DNA of 64,000 bases from an uncultured delta proteobacterium. GTDB lineage: Bacteria > Myxococcota > Myxococcia > Myxococcales > Anaeromyxobacteraceae. The notes beneath the pieces are model-generated. The model was not told where the DNA came from. It ran no database searches and saw nothing but the letters and a program-made list of their open reading frames with translations. The stretch spans positions 1-64,000 of the forward strand of contig CAWHDZ010000038.1 of assembly GCA_963828255.1 (NCBI GenBank), given 5' to 3'. Position numbers and translations under genes: made by a program. The first letter of the stretch is position 1; every line of letters starts with the position of its first letter. This document shows positions 46,994 through 60,018 of this stretch, one piece after another.

Positions 46994-48772
46994 ATGACCA
47001 ACGACGTGACGCTCCAGATCGCGACCGCCAACGGTTCCGGGTCGCAGAGCTCCAATACCGTGCTCCTCCGGTCGCTGTTCCAGATGGGGATCCCGGTCTC
47101 GGGTAAGAATCTTTTTCCGTCGAACATCGCCGGCCTCCCCACCTGGTACACGATCCGTGCATCGCGGGACGGCTACGTGGCCCGCAAGAAGGAGGTGGAC
47201 CTCCTCGTGGCCATGAACCCGGAGACGGCCCGGGAGGACGTGGCCGGGCTCCCCCCCGGCGCGACCGTGGTCTACGACGCCCCGCTGGCGCTCGCGGGCT
47301 CGCGCGCCGACCTGATCTTCTACCCGGTGGCCTTCGACCAGGTGGTCGAGCCCGTCACCGGGGAGGCCCGGCTCCGCAAGCTGCTGCGCAACATGGCCTA
47401 CGTGGGGGTGGTGGCGCGCCTCCTCGACATCGAGATGGCCGAGGTCGAGGCCGCCATCGGCCGCGTCTTCGGCGAGAAGGCCAAGGCCCGCGCGCTCAAC
47501 GTGGCCGCGGCGCGGGCAGGCTTCGCGCAGGCCGGGGCGCTGGAGCGGCGCCATCCGCACCGGGTGGCCCGCATGGACGCGACCCGCGGCAAGATCGTCG
47601 TGGACGGAAACGCCGCCTGCGCGCTGGGCGCCATGTTCGCCGGCGTCACGGTCGTCAGCTGGTACCCCATCACGCCGTCGTCGTCGCTGGTCGAGACGCT
47701 CGCCGGCTACCTGGCCAGGTATCGGCACGGACCGGACGGGAAGGCCACCTACGCGGTGGTGCAGGCCGAGGACGAGCTCGCCGCCATGGGCATGGTGCTG
47801 GGAGCGGGCTGGGCCGGTGCGCGGGCCATGACCTCCACGAGCGGCCCGGGCGTCTCGCTCATGTCCGAGCTGGCCGGCCTGGGCTACTACGCCGAGATCC
47901 CCGGCGTGATCTTCGACGTCCAGCGGGTCGGGCCCTCCACCGGGCTGCCCACCCGCACCGCACAGGGCGACGTCATCTCGACGGCGCTCCTCTCCCACGG
48001 CGACACCCAGCAGATCCTGCTCCTGCCCGGCTCGGTGGAGGAGTGCTTCTCGCTCGCCGTGGAGGCCTTCGACGTGGCCGAACGCTACCAGACCCCGGTC
48101 TTCGTCCTCACCGACCTCGACCTGGGCATGAACAACTGGATGGCCGAACCGTTCGCGTACCCCGACCGGCCCATCGACCGCGGCAAGGTGCTCGACGAGA
48201 AGGACCTGGAGCGGCTGGGCGGCTTCGGCCGCTACCGGGACGTGGACGGGGACGCCATCGGGTGGCGGACGCTTCCAGGCACGAACCACCCCAGGGCGGC
48301 CTACTTCACCCGCGGTACGGGGCACGACGAGAACGCCGCCTACAGCGAGAAGTCGGACGTCTTCGCGGCCAACATGGACCGGCTCGCCCGGAAGTTCGCC
48401 CTGGCACGCGAGGCCCTGCCGCAGCCGGTCCTGCGGGGCGCAGGGAGCGCCCGGGTCGGCGTCATCGCCTACGGCTCCTCCAATCCGGCCATCCGGGAGA
48501 GCCAGGACCAGCTCCGGGCCGAGGCCGGCCTCGAGACCGACTACCTGCGGGTCCGGGCCTGGCCCTTCTCCCGGGCGGTCCGCGACTTCGTGGCCGCCCA
48601 CGACCGGACCTACGTGGTGGAGCAGAACCGCGACGGCCAGCTCGCCGCCCTGCTCAAGCTCGACCTCCCCCCGGAGCAGGTGACCCGGATCCGCGGGGTC
48701 GCCCACGTCACCGGGCTGCCGCTCGACGCACGCTCGGTCACCGACGAGATCCTCGCCAAGGAGAAGGTCTAG
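46994..48772 (+). CDS. korA: 2-oxoacid:ferredoxin oxidoreductase alpha subunit
   Basis: NGSGSQS, YPITPSSS, QAEDELAA, TSGPG and QRVGPSTGLPTRT motifs. Confidence 0.92.
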   Translation: MTNDVTLQIATANGSGSQSSNTVLLRSLFQMGIPVSGKNLFPSNIAGLPTWYTIRASRDGYVARKKEVDLLVAMNPETAREDVAGLPPGATVVYDAPLALAGSRADLIFYPVAFDQVVEPVTGEARLRKLLRNMAYVGVVARLLDIEMAEVEAAIGRVFGEKAKARALNVAAARAGFAQAGALERRHPHRVARMDATRGKIVVDGNAACALGAMFAGVTVVSWYPITPSSSLVETLAGYLARYRHGPDGKATYAVVQAEDELAAMGMVLGAGWAGARAMTSTSGPGVSLMSELAGLGYYAEIPGVIFDVQRVGPSTGLPTRTAQGDVISTALLSHGDTQQILLLPGSVEECFSLAVEAFDVAERYQTPVFVLTDLDLGMNNWMAEPFAYPDRPIDRGKVLDEKDLERLGGFGRYRDVDGDAIGWRTLPGTNHPRAAYFTRGTGHDENAAYSEKSDVFAANMDRLARKFALAREALPQPVLRGAGSARVGVIAYGSSNPAIRESQDQLRAEAGLETDYLRVRAWPFSRAVRDFVAAHDRTYVVEQNRDGQLAALLKLDLPPEQVTRIRGVAHVTGLPLDARSVTDEILAKEKV

Positions 48773-49819
48773 ATGGCCGCTCCCGCCACCACCGCCGCCG
48801 CGCCCCGCCAGAACCGCATCGGTCTCACCGTGCTGGACTACCGCGGCGGCAAGACCACCCTCTGCGCCGGCTGCGGCCACAACGCCATCTCCGAGCGGAT
48901 CCTCGAGGCCTGCTTCGACCTGGGCATCCCGCCCGAGCGGGTGGCCAAGTTCTCCGGGATCGGATGCAGCTCGAAGAGCCCCGCCTACTTCCTCTCCCGC
49001 AGCCACGCCTTCAACTCCGTGCACGGGCGCATGCCGTCGGTGGCCACCGGCGCGCTCCTCGCCAACAAGCACCTGCTCGCGCTGGGCGTGTCGGGCGACG
49101 GGGACACCGCGTCCATCGGCATCGGCCAGTTCGTGCACCTCGTGCGGCGCAACCTCCCCATGGTCTACGTGGTGGAGAACAACGGGGTCTACGGCCTCAC
49201 CAAGGGGCAGTTCTCGGCCACCGCCGACATGGGCTCGGTGCTCAAGGGGGGCGCGGTGAACGACCTGCCCCCCATCGACACCTGCGCGCTGGCCATCCAG
49301 CTCGGCGCCACCTTCGTGGGGCGCAGCTTCTCGGGCGACAAGAAGCAGCTCTCCGCCATGTTGAAGGCCGCGCTGGTCCACCGGGGCACGGCGTTCCTCG
49401 ACGTGCTCTCGCCCTGCGTCACCTTCAACGACCACGAGGGCTCGACCAAGAGCTACGCCTTCCTGAAGGAGCAGGTCGAGCCGCTGCAGGAGATCTCCTT
49501 CGTGCCCCACTTCGAGGACATCGCCGTGGAGTACGATCCCGGCACCACCGTCGCGGTGCGGATGCACGACGGGTCGAGCCTCCGGCTCAGGAAGCTCGAG
49601 GCCGACTACGATCCCGGGAGCCGCTCCCGCGCAGTGGCCCGGCTCATGGAGTCGGCCGGGGAGGAGACCGTGCTCACCGGGGTGCTCTTCGCCGATCCCG
49701 ACGCGCCCGACTTCCTCACCCGCCTCGGCACGGTGGACGCGCCGCTCGCGACCTTGCCGGAGGAGGCGGTGCGGCCGGGGCGGGGGGTGCTGGAGGAGAT
49801 CAACGACTCGCTGCGGTGA
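48773..49819 (+). CDS. korB: 2-oxoacid:ferredoxin oxidoreductase beta subunit
   Basis: LCAGCGH, SGIGCS, HGR, SGDGD, YGLTKGQFS and SPCVTFN motifs. Confidence 0.92.
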   Translation: MAAPATTAAAPRQNRIGLTVLDYRGGKTTLCAGCGHNAISERILEACFDLGIPPERVAKFSGIGCSSKSPAYFLSRSHAFNSVHGRMPSVATGALLANKHLLALGVSGDGDTASIGIGQFVHLVRRNLPMVYVVENNGVYGLTKGQFSATADMGSVLKGGAVNDLPPIDTCALAIQLGATFVGRSFSGDKKQLSAMLKAALVHRGTAFLDVLSPCVTFNDHEGSTKSYAFLKEQVEPLQEISFVPHFEDIAVEYDPGTTVAVRMHDGSSLRLRKLEADYDPGSRSRAVARLMESAGEETVLTGVLFADPDAPDFLTRLGTVDAPLATLPEEAVRPGRGVLEEINDSLR

Positions 49820-49826
49820 GGTGGCC

Positions 49827-50735
49827 ATGGGCCGACTGATTCTTGTCGCAGCCCTGACGTGTCTCGTCCTCTTCGCACTGCCGCCCGCGCGGTCCGTTGC
49901 CGATCCGGTCTCGCCCACGCCGGTCCGGCCGGTGGACCTCTCCCACGTCGTGGAGGGTTCTGGCCCGACACTGGTGATCGTCCACGGGGGATGGGGAGAC
50001 CAGCGAAGCTTCTCCCACGCCGCCCCCATCCTCGCCCAGAGGAGCACGGTCGTCCGCGTCAGCCTCCGGCTCCACTGGCCCAACCCGTGGCCCGCCTCGG
50101 AGCGGGAAGCGATCGCGTCCTACCGGGCGCAGGTGCACGTCGCCGACCTGGTCGCCCTCGTCGAAAGGCTCGGACGAGGCCCGGTCGATCTGCTGGGCCA
50201 TTCCTACGGAGGCGCCGTAGCCGCGCTGCTGGCGCAGTCACGGCCGGACCTGATCCGGAAGCTCATCCTCGTCGAGCCTTCGCTCTACTCGCTCTGGCCG
50301 TCGTGCCCGGGCGGCCAGGAGTACGTGCAGGACCTGGCTGAGTGGAGGGCGGAGATGCGGGCGAAGATCGATGCGGGGCAGGATCCGATCGCGATCGTCC
50401 GGGCCATGTACGACGACGATCGTCCGGGCACCTTCGACTCCTTCCCGGAGTGGCGCAGGCAGACCCTCATCGACAACGCGCGCACGACCGCGCCCCTCCT
50501 CGCGAACAGCCTCCTCTCGGAGCCGTTCGGGTGCGCGGAGGCGAAGCAGATGAAGATGCCCGTGCTCATCGTGGAGGGGGAGAAGACGAGCCCGGGAATG
50601 CGCGCGATCGACACGAAGCTCCTGGAGTGCATGCACGCCTCCCGCCGCGCCGTCCTGCCGGGCGTAGGCCACACCATCCAGTTCGGCGCACCCGAGGTGA
50701 TGGCGGTCGTCGTGGCCGAATTCCTGGCGAGGTAG
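49827..50735 (+). CDS. Secreted alpha/beta hydrolase
   Basis: Signal peptide, VHGG, GHSYGG nucleophile elbow, C-terminal GH. Confidence 0.88.
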   Translation: MGRLILVAALTCLVLFALPPARSVADPVSPTPVRPVDLSHVVEGSGPTLVIVHGGWGDQRSFSHAAPILAQRSTVVRVSLRLHWPNPWPASEREAIASYRAQVHVADLVALVERLGRGPVDLLGHSYGGAVAALLAQSRPDLIRKLILVEPSLYSLWPSCPGGQEYVQDLAEWRAEMRAKIDAGQDPIAIVRAMYDDDRPGTFDSFPEWRRQTLIDNARTTAPLLANSLLSEPFGCAEAKQMKMPVLIVEGEKTSPGMRAIDTKLLECMHASRRAVLPGVGHTIQFGAPEVMAVVVAEFLAR

Positions 50736-50797
50736 GAGCGTCCGCGCCGCGGACCATCGGCCAGATGGGGCGTGGGTGGAAAATGCGTCGAAAGTGC

Positions 50798-50989
50798 TTG
50801 ACACCTTTCCAGACGATTTCACGTTCCGCGAACGGGTCGCGCGCGGAAGGGGTCTGCCGCCGCCGCATCTCGCCGTGCGGCGACGCGCCGTCTCCGGCGG
50901 GGGTTCGGAGATTTCCGCTCCGGAAGGCTCACCAGCGGCCATCTCCGTGCGTTTGGCGAGGGCGGAATTTCCCGTGCGAAGGTGGATCC
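50798..50989 (+). promoter_or_regulatory. Sigma70-like -35 followed by a multi-hairpin leader of the HNH gene
   Basis: TTGACA at 50798-50803; stems 50824-30/50842-48, 50861-67/50876-82, 50891-96/50906-11 and 50913-20/50960-67. Confidence 0.45.
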
Positions 50990-52114
50990 ATGAACGCACG
51001 CGAATGGTCCCTCCGCATCGCCAATCTCGCCCGCCGCGAGCACTGCGCTCTCGTCGATCTCCTTCTCGCGCTCGCCGAGTTCGACCGGCTGGGCGTCCAC
51101 CGGCAGCTCGGGTTCCCGAATCTATTCGAGTACCTGCTCCGGGAGGTCGGACTGTCCCGGGGCTCGGCCTTCTACCGACAGGTCGCGACCCGCCTTCTGC
51201 GAGACTTTCCGGAGATCGCGGAGCCACTGCGAGACGGAAGGCTTTGCATCTCGAACGTCCCCCAGCTCGCCAAGGTGATGACCAAGGGGAACCGGGGCTC
51301 GGTGATGCAGAAGTTCTTCCACTGCTCGAAGCAGGAGGCGAAGCAGGTGGTGGCGGAGATGCTTCCGGCGGAGGTCGTGCCGAGGAGGACGGTCGTCACC
51401 GTGGGCCCGCTCCTGGCGCCAGCGAGCGTTCAACCGGTTGAACGCGATCTGACCTGCCCCAAGGGAGCAAGCCCCGTCCCCGAGGTGCGGCGGACCCTGG
51501 TCGAGCCGCTCACCCGGCACGAGACCCGGATGCACGTCACGGTGTCCCCGGCCTTCATGGCATTGCTGAAGAAGGCGAGGGCAGGCCAGTCGCACGTCAA
51601 GCCTGGCGCGACGGACGAGCAGGTGCTCACCGCGGCGCTGAACCTGCTCATCGAGGAGCAGGGGAAGCGGCGAGCCAGCGTTCCGCCCAAGGTGAAGAGG
51701 GAGGTCGTGAAGCGGGATCAGGGGAAGTGCCAATGGCCGGTGGTCTCGGGCGGGGTTTGTGGGTCGGAGGTGCGGCTGGAGGTGGACCACGTGGTGCCGC
51801 GGGGGAGGGGAGGACCGTCCACGGTGGAGAACTGCAGGATCCTTTGCAAGGCGCACAACCTGGAAGCGGCGCGGGGCGTTTACGGGGAGGAAGTGATGGA
51901 TCGGTACGCGAGGAACCCGGTCGTGCGGGAGGATTGCGCCGACTACTTCGTAGCCGGCGCCGCTACAGCTTCACCTCGTCCACGAACAGGATCTCGTCCT
52001 TGCGCGCGCGGATCCGCTCCAGCAGCTCGGGAGGCGGCGCATCGTCGAGGTCGATGGAGCAGGAGGCAGCCTGCGCCTCCTCGAACACGGTGTTCTGCAC
52101 CTCCTCCACGTTGA
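50990..52114 (+). CDS. HNH endonuclease with helical (DUF222-like) N-terminal region; 3' end uncertain
   Basis: LAEFDR...LGF.NLFEY, RDQGKCQW....CGS...LEVDHVVP..RGG.STVENCRILCKAHN; the last ~150 nt overlap the convergent gene. Confidence 0.85.
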   Translation: MNAREWSLRIANLARREHCALVDLLLALAEFDRLGVHRQLGFPNLFEYLLREVGLSRGSAFYRQVATRLLRDFPEIAEPLRDGRLCISNVPQLAKVMTKGNRGSVMQKFFHCSKQEAKQVVAEMLPAEVVPRRTVVTVGPLLAPASVQPVERDLTCPKGASPVPEVRRTLVEPLTRHETRMHVTVSPAFMALLKKARAGQSHVKPGATDEQVLTAALNLLIEEQGKRRASVPPKVKREVVKRDQGKCQWPVVSGGVCGSEVRLEVDHVVPRGRGGPSTVENCRILCKAHNLEAARGVYGEEVMDRYARNPVVREDCADYFVAGAATASPRPRTGSRPCARGSAPAAREAAHRRGRWSRRQPAPPRTRCSAPPPR

Positions 52115-53162
52115 TCCCCGCCTCGCGGACCAGCCCGAGCACGTTGGCCAGCACCCCCACCTTGTCGAAGTGGCGGATCACCAGGCGCGCCTTCGCCGGC
52201 GTCTTCCCTGCCACGTTCACGCAGTGGGGGACCCGCCCGGTCCGCAGGAACGACCCGACGATGCGCACGGCCTCCCGGGCGATGGCGTCCTGCGCCTGGG
52301 CGGTGGACGCGCCGATGTGGTGGGTGCCGTAGACGTTGGGGAGCTTGCCGAGCGGGCTGTCGAAGTCGGCCTGGCCCTTCTCCGGCTCGCCGGCGAAGAC
52401 GTCGGTCCCCACCCGGATCCGCCCGGCCCGCGCCAGCTCCAGCAGGGCGTCCTGGTCCACCACCTCGGCCCGGGCCGTGTTGATGAAGACGGCGCCGGGC
52501 CGGAGCGCCTCGAGCACCGCCCGGGAGACGATCCCCCGCGTCTCCTTCGAGAGCGGCAGGTGTACGGAGAGTGCGTCGCAGCGGGCCGCCAAGGACAGGA
52601 GGTCCCCGGCCCGCTCCACGCCCAGCGCCTTCGCCCCCGTGTCGTCGAGGTCCTTCGACCAGACCAGCACGTTCATGCCGAAGGCCCGGCCGCGCTTCAC
52701 GACCTCGCGTCCGATGGCCCCCGCGCCGGCCACGCCCAGGGTGCGACCGTAGAGCCCCTCGGCCTCGGAGAAGGACTTCTTGTCCCACTTGCCGGCGCGG
52801 AGCATCGCCACGTTGTCCGGGATGCGCCGGTCGAGCGCCACGAGCAGCCCCATGGCCAGCTCGGCCACGGCGATGGAGTTCTGCCCCGGGCAGTTGGCGA
52901 CGTACACCCCCCGCCGCGACGCCGCCCCCACGTCGATGGTGTTCACGCCCGCCCCGGCCCGGACCACCAGCGAGAGGGCAGGGGCCGCGCCGAAGACGTC
53001 GGCCGTCACCTTCTTGCCCCGGACGACGAGGATGCGGGCCGGCCGCGCGGCGGCGGGCAGGTCCGCGACGGAGACGGACGGCTGGTGGTCCACCGTGAGC
53101 CCCAGGGCCCGAAAATCGTCCAGCCGCTCCTTCGGGAACGCGTCGGCGACGAGGATGCGCAT
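51963..53162 (-). CDS. serA: D-3-phosphoglycerate dehydrogenase-like 2-hydroxyacid dehydrogenase with ACT domain
   Basis: RAGAGVNTID, GAGAIG, INTARAE, DVF..EP, HIGAST and C-terminal ACT motifs. Confidence 0.8.
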   Translation of the reverse strand: MRILVADAFPKERLDDFRALGLTVDHQPSVSVADLPAAARPARILVVRGKKVTADVFGAAPALSLVVRAGAGVNTIDVGAASRRGVYVANCPGQNSIAVAELAMGLLVALDRRIPDNVAMLRAGKWDKKSFSEAEGLYGRTLGVAGAGAIGREVVKRGRAFGMNVLVWSKDLDDTGAKALGVERAGDLLSLAARCDALSVHLPLSKETRGIVSRAVLEALRPGAVFINTARAEVVDQDALLELARAGRIRVGTDVFAGEPEKGQADFDSPLGKLPNVYGTHHIGASTAQAQDAIAREAVRIVGSFLRTGRVPHCVNVAGKTPAKARLVIRHFDKVGVLANVLGLVREAGINVEEVQNTVFEEAQAASCSIDLDDAPPPELLERIRARKDEILFVDEVKL

Positions 53163-53301
53163 GCCGCCCCGGTAACACGGCTCCAGGGAGCACGGAAGCG
53201 GCGAAGGGGGGCGTCGATGACGCGCGGCGTCGCGCCTTGCTCGTGGACCGCGCCAGCCCCGATCGGTATCCTGATCAACCCTCCTCCGTGCGCCGAACCC
53301 C

Positions 53302-54824
<1,523 letters not shown>

Positions 54825-54828
<4 letters not shown>

Positions 54829-55343
54829 CCGCCACCACCTACGTGGCCCTCCTCGACGGAGGGAAGCGCGAGGAGACCCTCCGGGTCGAGCGCGTGGCGC
54901 CCGGCGTCTACGAGGTGACCCTGCGCGGCGCAACCCACAGGGTGGATGCCTACCACCACGATCATGGGACCATCTCCCTGCTCGTGGACGCCGAGAGCTA
55001 CTCGGTGCAGCTCGACGAGCGGTGGAACGGGATGCGCGTGCACCTGCGCGACTCGGTCTTCCCCCTCGAGATCCTCGACGAGCGGCGGGCGCGCATGCGC
55101 CGGGCGCCGGGAAGGCTCACGGCCGACGGCCTCCTGGCCCTCACGTCGCGCCTGCCTGGCAAGGTGGTGGGCATCCTGCGCGGCCCGGGCGAGGCGGTCC
55201 GGGAGGGCGAGGGCGTGCTCGTGGTCGAGGCGATGGGGATGGAGAACGAGATCCGAAGCCCCAAGGATGGCAAGGTGGTGGAGATCGCCGTCGGAGCAGG
55301 GCAGTCGATCGAGGGCGGTACGGTGCTGGCGACGGTGGACTAA
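54825..55343 (+). CDS. Biotin carboxyl carrier-like protein with AMGM instead of AMKM
   Basis: PGKVV...[30 protein letters not shown] biotinyl fold; GTG overlaps the accC stop. Confidence 0.85.
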
Positions 55344-55384
55344 CAGCAAGGCGGACGACGTCCGCCGCGCAGGAGACGGAACCG

Positions 55385-57184
<1,800 letters not shown>

Positions 57185-57190
57185 CCACGG

Positions 57191-58837
57191 GTGAGCGGGG
57201 AAACGAAGAGTCCAGGGGCGAGCCACGGGCTCGAGACGCCGGAGGTGACGGTGGCCTCCGCCATCGCCGCCGGGCTGCCGGTCCAGGGTTACCTTCAGGA
57301 GAGGAGCGCGCTCCACCTGCACGGCCTGGCCGCGGCCACGCAGGCCTCGGGTCGCCTCGTGCTCGAGTCCGCCGGGATCTCCTGGGCGCTCATCTACCGG
57401 CGCGGCGTGGTCGAGCACGCCACCGGCAGCCGGGAGCAGGACGACCTGGCCTCCTTCCTGGTCCAGCGGGGCCTGGTCGCAGCGGAGGCGGCCGCCGACG
57501 CCCGGCAGATCGCGGCGGGTTTCGGCGGCGACGTGCTGGGGGCCCTCATCGACCTGCGGCTCCTCGATCCCGCAGCCCACTTCCAGGACCTGAAGGAGCA
57601 CGGGGCCGGGCTGGTGTACGGCGCGCTCGCCAGCAGCGAGGGCGCTTGGCGGTGGGAGCCGGGCGTGGCGCCGCCGCCCTACGGATTCCCCATCGGGAGC
57701 CGGTGGGGGCTGCTCGTCGATGCCGTGCGCCGGATCGATCCCTCGGCGGTGCGCAGCCGCCTCGGTGTGCGGGGGGCGCTCTCGGTGGCCCGGGTGGGCG
57801 GTCGCGTCGAGGTGGCCGACCTCATGCTGAACCCCCAGGAGGCGCGCGCCGTCGCCCGCATCGACGGGGTCCAGAGCGTCGACGAGCTTTGCGCCACCCA
57901 CCCCGCCGACGCCGAGCCGCTGCGCCGCGTGGCCCTCCTCCTCGCCGAGGCCGAGCTCGTGACCTTCGGCGCTCCGCGCATGGGGACCGCTCCCCGGGCT
58001 CCGGCCCCCGCGCGCCCTTCCCCGGCTCCCGGCCCGGCAGCCGCGCCGCCAGTTGCGCAGGCGACCCCGGCTGCCGCCGCAGTCGCGAAGCCGGCCCCGA
58101 AGCCAGCCACGAAGCCGGCCACGGCGTCAGGGCATCCGGCCCCAGCGACCGCCCGGCCGGCCGGTCCAACCCTCGAGGCGCTCCAGGCCGCCGCGGGGAA
58201 GCTCGAGGGGGCCGATCACTTCCAGGTCCTGGGAGTGGGGCGGGACGGCGACGCCTCGCGTCTCAAGGCCGCCTACTTCCACCTCGCCCGGACCTACCAC
58301 CCCGACGCCGCCCGCGACGGGGAGCCACCGGAGGCGCGGGCGCTGCGCGCCCAGATCTTCGCCCGGGTGGCGGCGGCCTGGGCCGCCCTCGAGACCGACG
58401 CCGGGCGGCAGGCCTACCTCGAGGAGCTCAAGGCCGGCGGTACCGCCCAGATCGACATCGGGCGCATCTACCAGGCGGAGCAGGCCTTCGAGAAGGTGGT
58501 GGGGCTCGCGGCCGGCAGGTCCTACCTCGAGGCGCTCGCCAAGGTGAACGACGCAATCGCCCTCTACGCGGACGAGCCCGAGTACCACGTCTGGAAGGCC
58601 TGGCTCGAGTTCCTGATCGCTCCCGAGCCGCAGCGCAAGGCGCAGCGCATCGGGGCGGAGAAGACCATCGAGGCGTCCCTGCAGAGGAGCCCCAAGTGCG
58701 TGGCGGGCTGGCTCTTCCTCGGCCGCATGGCCAAGATCACCGGTGACTTCGGCGCCGCCGAGCGCGCCTGGAAGCGCGGCCTGGACCAGGTGAAGGATAC
58801 CGAGCTGGAGCGCGAGCTCCGGTTCCTCAAGAGGTGA
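57191..58837 (+). CDS. DUF4388-like + J-domain + TPR protein
   Basis: DHFQVLGV...AYFHLARTYHPD J-domain, C-terminal TPRs, Pro/Ala linker. Confidence 0.8.
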   Translation: MSGETKSPGASHGLETPEVTVASAIAAGLPVQGYLQERSALHLHGLAAATQASGRLVLESAGISWALIYRRGVVEHATGSREQDDLASFLVQRGLVAAEAAADARQIAAGFGGDVLGALIDLRLLDPAAHFQDLKEHGAGLVYGALASSEGAWRWEPGVAPPPYGFPIGSRWGLLVDAVRRIDPSAVRSRLGVRGALSVARVGGRVEVADLMLNPQEARAVARIDGVQSVDELCATHPADAEPLRRVALLLAEAELVTFGAPRMGTAPRAPAPARPSPAPGPAAAPPVAQATPAAAAVAKPAPKPATKPATASGHPAPATARPAGPTLEALQAAAGKLEGADHFQVLGVGRDGDASRLKAAYFHLARTYHPDAARDGEPPEARALRAQIFARVAAAWAALETDAGRQAYLEELKAGGTAQIDIGRIYQAEQAFEKVVGLAAGRSYLEALAKVNDAIALYADEPEYHVWKAWLEFLIAPEPQRKAQRIGAEKTIEASLQRSPKCVAGWLFLGRMAKITGDFGAAERAWKRGLDQVKDTELERELRFLKR

Positions 58838-59553
58838 ACGTGTCCGATGCGACGAGTCCCAAGAAGCGATCCCTCATGCCGTCCTCACCGCTGCGCCGCA
58901 CCCTTCGCGCGGCCGGCCACCACCTCGCGCCGGTGGTCCAGGTCGGCAAGGAGGGGGTGACCGAGGCGCTGCTCCGCCAGCTCGACCGGGCACTCCTCGA
59001 TCACGAGCTCGTCAAGGTGAAGGCGGGGACAGAGACGCCGGAGGACCGGTTCGGGACCGCCGACGCACTCCTCGCCGGGGCGGCCGGCGCCCAGCTCGCC
59101 CAGATCCTCGGGCGGACGCTGCTCGTCTACCGGCGACACCCGGAGAAGCCTCGGTTCGAGCCACTCCCCGCCTCCCGGACGCCCCGTCCCGCCGCTCCCG
59201 CACGCAAGAAGGCCCGGCCCGAGCCGCCGGCGCGCAGCACCCGGGCCGAGCGAACCGGACGATTCGAACGCGCTGCGCGTCCGGAGAGGCGAGAGCGGTC
59301 CGGCCGTCCGGAACGCACGGGTCGTCCGGAACGCACCGGCCGTCCCGACCGCACCGGTCGGCCAGAACGCACGGGCCGCCCAGAACGCACGGGCCGCCCC
59401 GAACGCACCGGTCGGCCAGAACGCGGGAGCCGCACCGGCCGCCCGGAACGCCCCGGCCGTCCCGAACGCACCGGTCGCCCGGAACGCAGCAGCCGCACTG
59501 GTCGCCCCGACCGCGGCAGCCGCACCGGCCGGCCTCCTCCCCGCCGCCGGTAG
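58834..59553 (+). CDS. yhbY: YhbY (CRM domain) RNA-binding protein with repetitive basic tail
   Basis: LRAAGHHLAPVVQVGKEG, HELVKVK and QILGRTLLVYR motifs. Confidence 0.88.
   Translation: MNVSDATSPKKRSLMPSSPLRRTLRAAGHHLAPVVQVGKEGVTEALLRQLDRALLDHELVKVKAGTETPEDRFGTADALLAGAAGAQLAQILGRTLLVYRRHPEKPRFEPLPASRTPRPAAPARKKARPEPPARSTRAERTGRFERAARPERRERSGRPERTGRPERTGRPDRTGRPERTGRPERTGRPERTGRPERGSRTGRPERPGRPERTGRPERSSRTGRPDRGSRTGRPPPRRR
59240..59535 (+). repeat. Imperfect 18-nt coding repeat encoding PERTGR-like units
   Basis: Roughly a dozen units with synonymous variation (for example ccg gaa cgc acg ggt cgt). Confidence 0.85.
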
Positions 59554-59610
59554 GCGGCCTCCCCGTCACCAGGCGAAGCAGTCCGTCGCGGCCGGAATGC
59601 TTCGCCGTCG

Positions 59611-59928
59611 TCAGTGCAGGCTGCCGTCCCGGTCCCGGTCGTACCGCGGCGATGCGTTCTGCTCGAAGTACCGGCGCGCCTCCTCGAGGTCCTCCTCGTC
59701 GGCGACGCCCTTCTCGAGCAGCACGGTCTCGGCCGCGTCGATGCGCAGCGCGCTCCGCGTGGCCTCGGTCTCCACCACCTCGAGCCGCGCGGCCATGCCG
59801 CGCACCTGCTCGGCCATCCCCGCCGCCTCGGCGTCGCGCAGGCGAAAGGTGCGCAGCGCCACGACCGCCAGGGTCACCGGAACCGCGAAGAGGACGCCGA
59901 GCGCGAAGGGGAGCATGGAGAAGTTCAT
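59611..59928 (-). CDS. Small membrane-anchored coiled-coil hypothetical protein
   Basis: N-terminal TM helix, then an acidic amphipathic helix; host-like codon usage. Confidence 0.6.
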   Translation of the reverse strand: MNFSMLPFALGVLFAVPVTLAVVALRTFRLRDAEAAGMAEQVRGMAARLEVVETEATRSALRIDAAETVLLEKGVADEEDLEEARRYFEQNASPRYDRDRDGSLH

Positions 59929-60018
59929 CCTACGGCCATCCTCCCGGGCCCCACAAGCACCATGGAGGGAGGACGCGACGCCCTTGTCGGGACGGGCCCG
60001 GAGAGATATCGATGTCGG

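Noticed and set aside
59240..59535. CRISPR array
   Set aside because: Units are contiguous 18-nt coding repeats with no unique spacers, and no cas genes are present.
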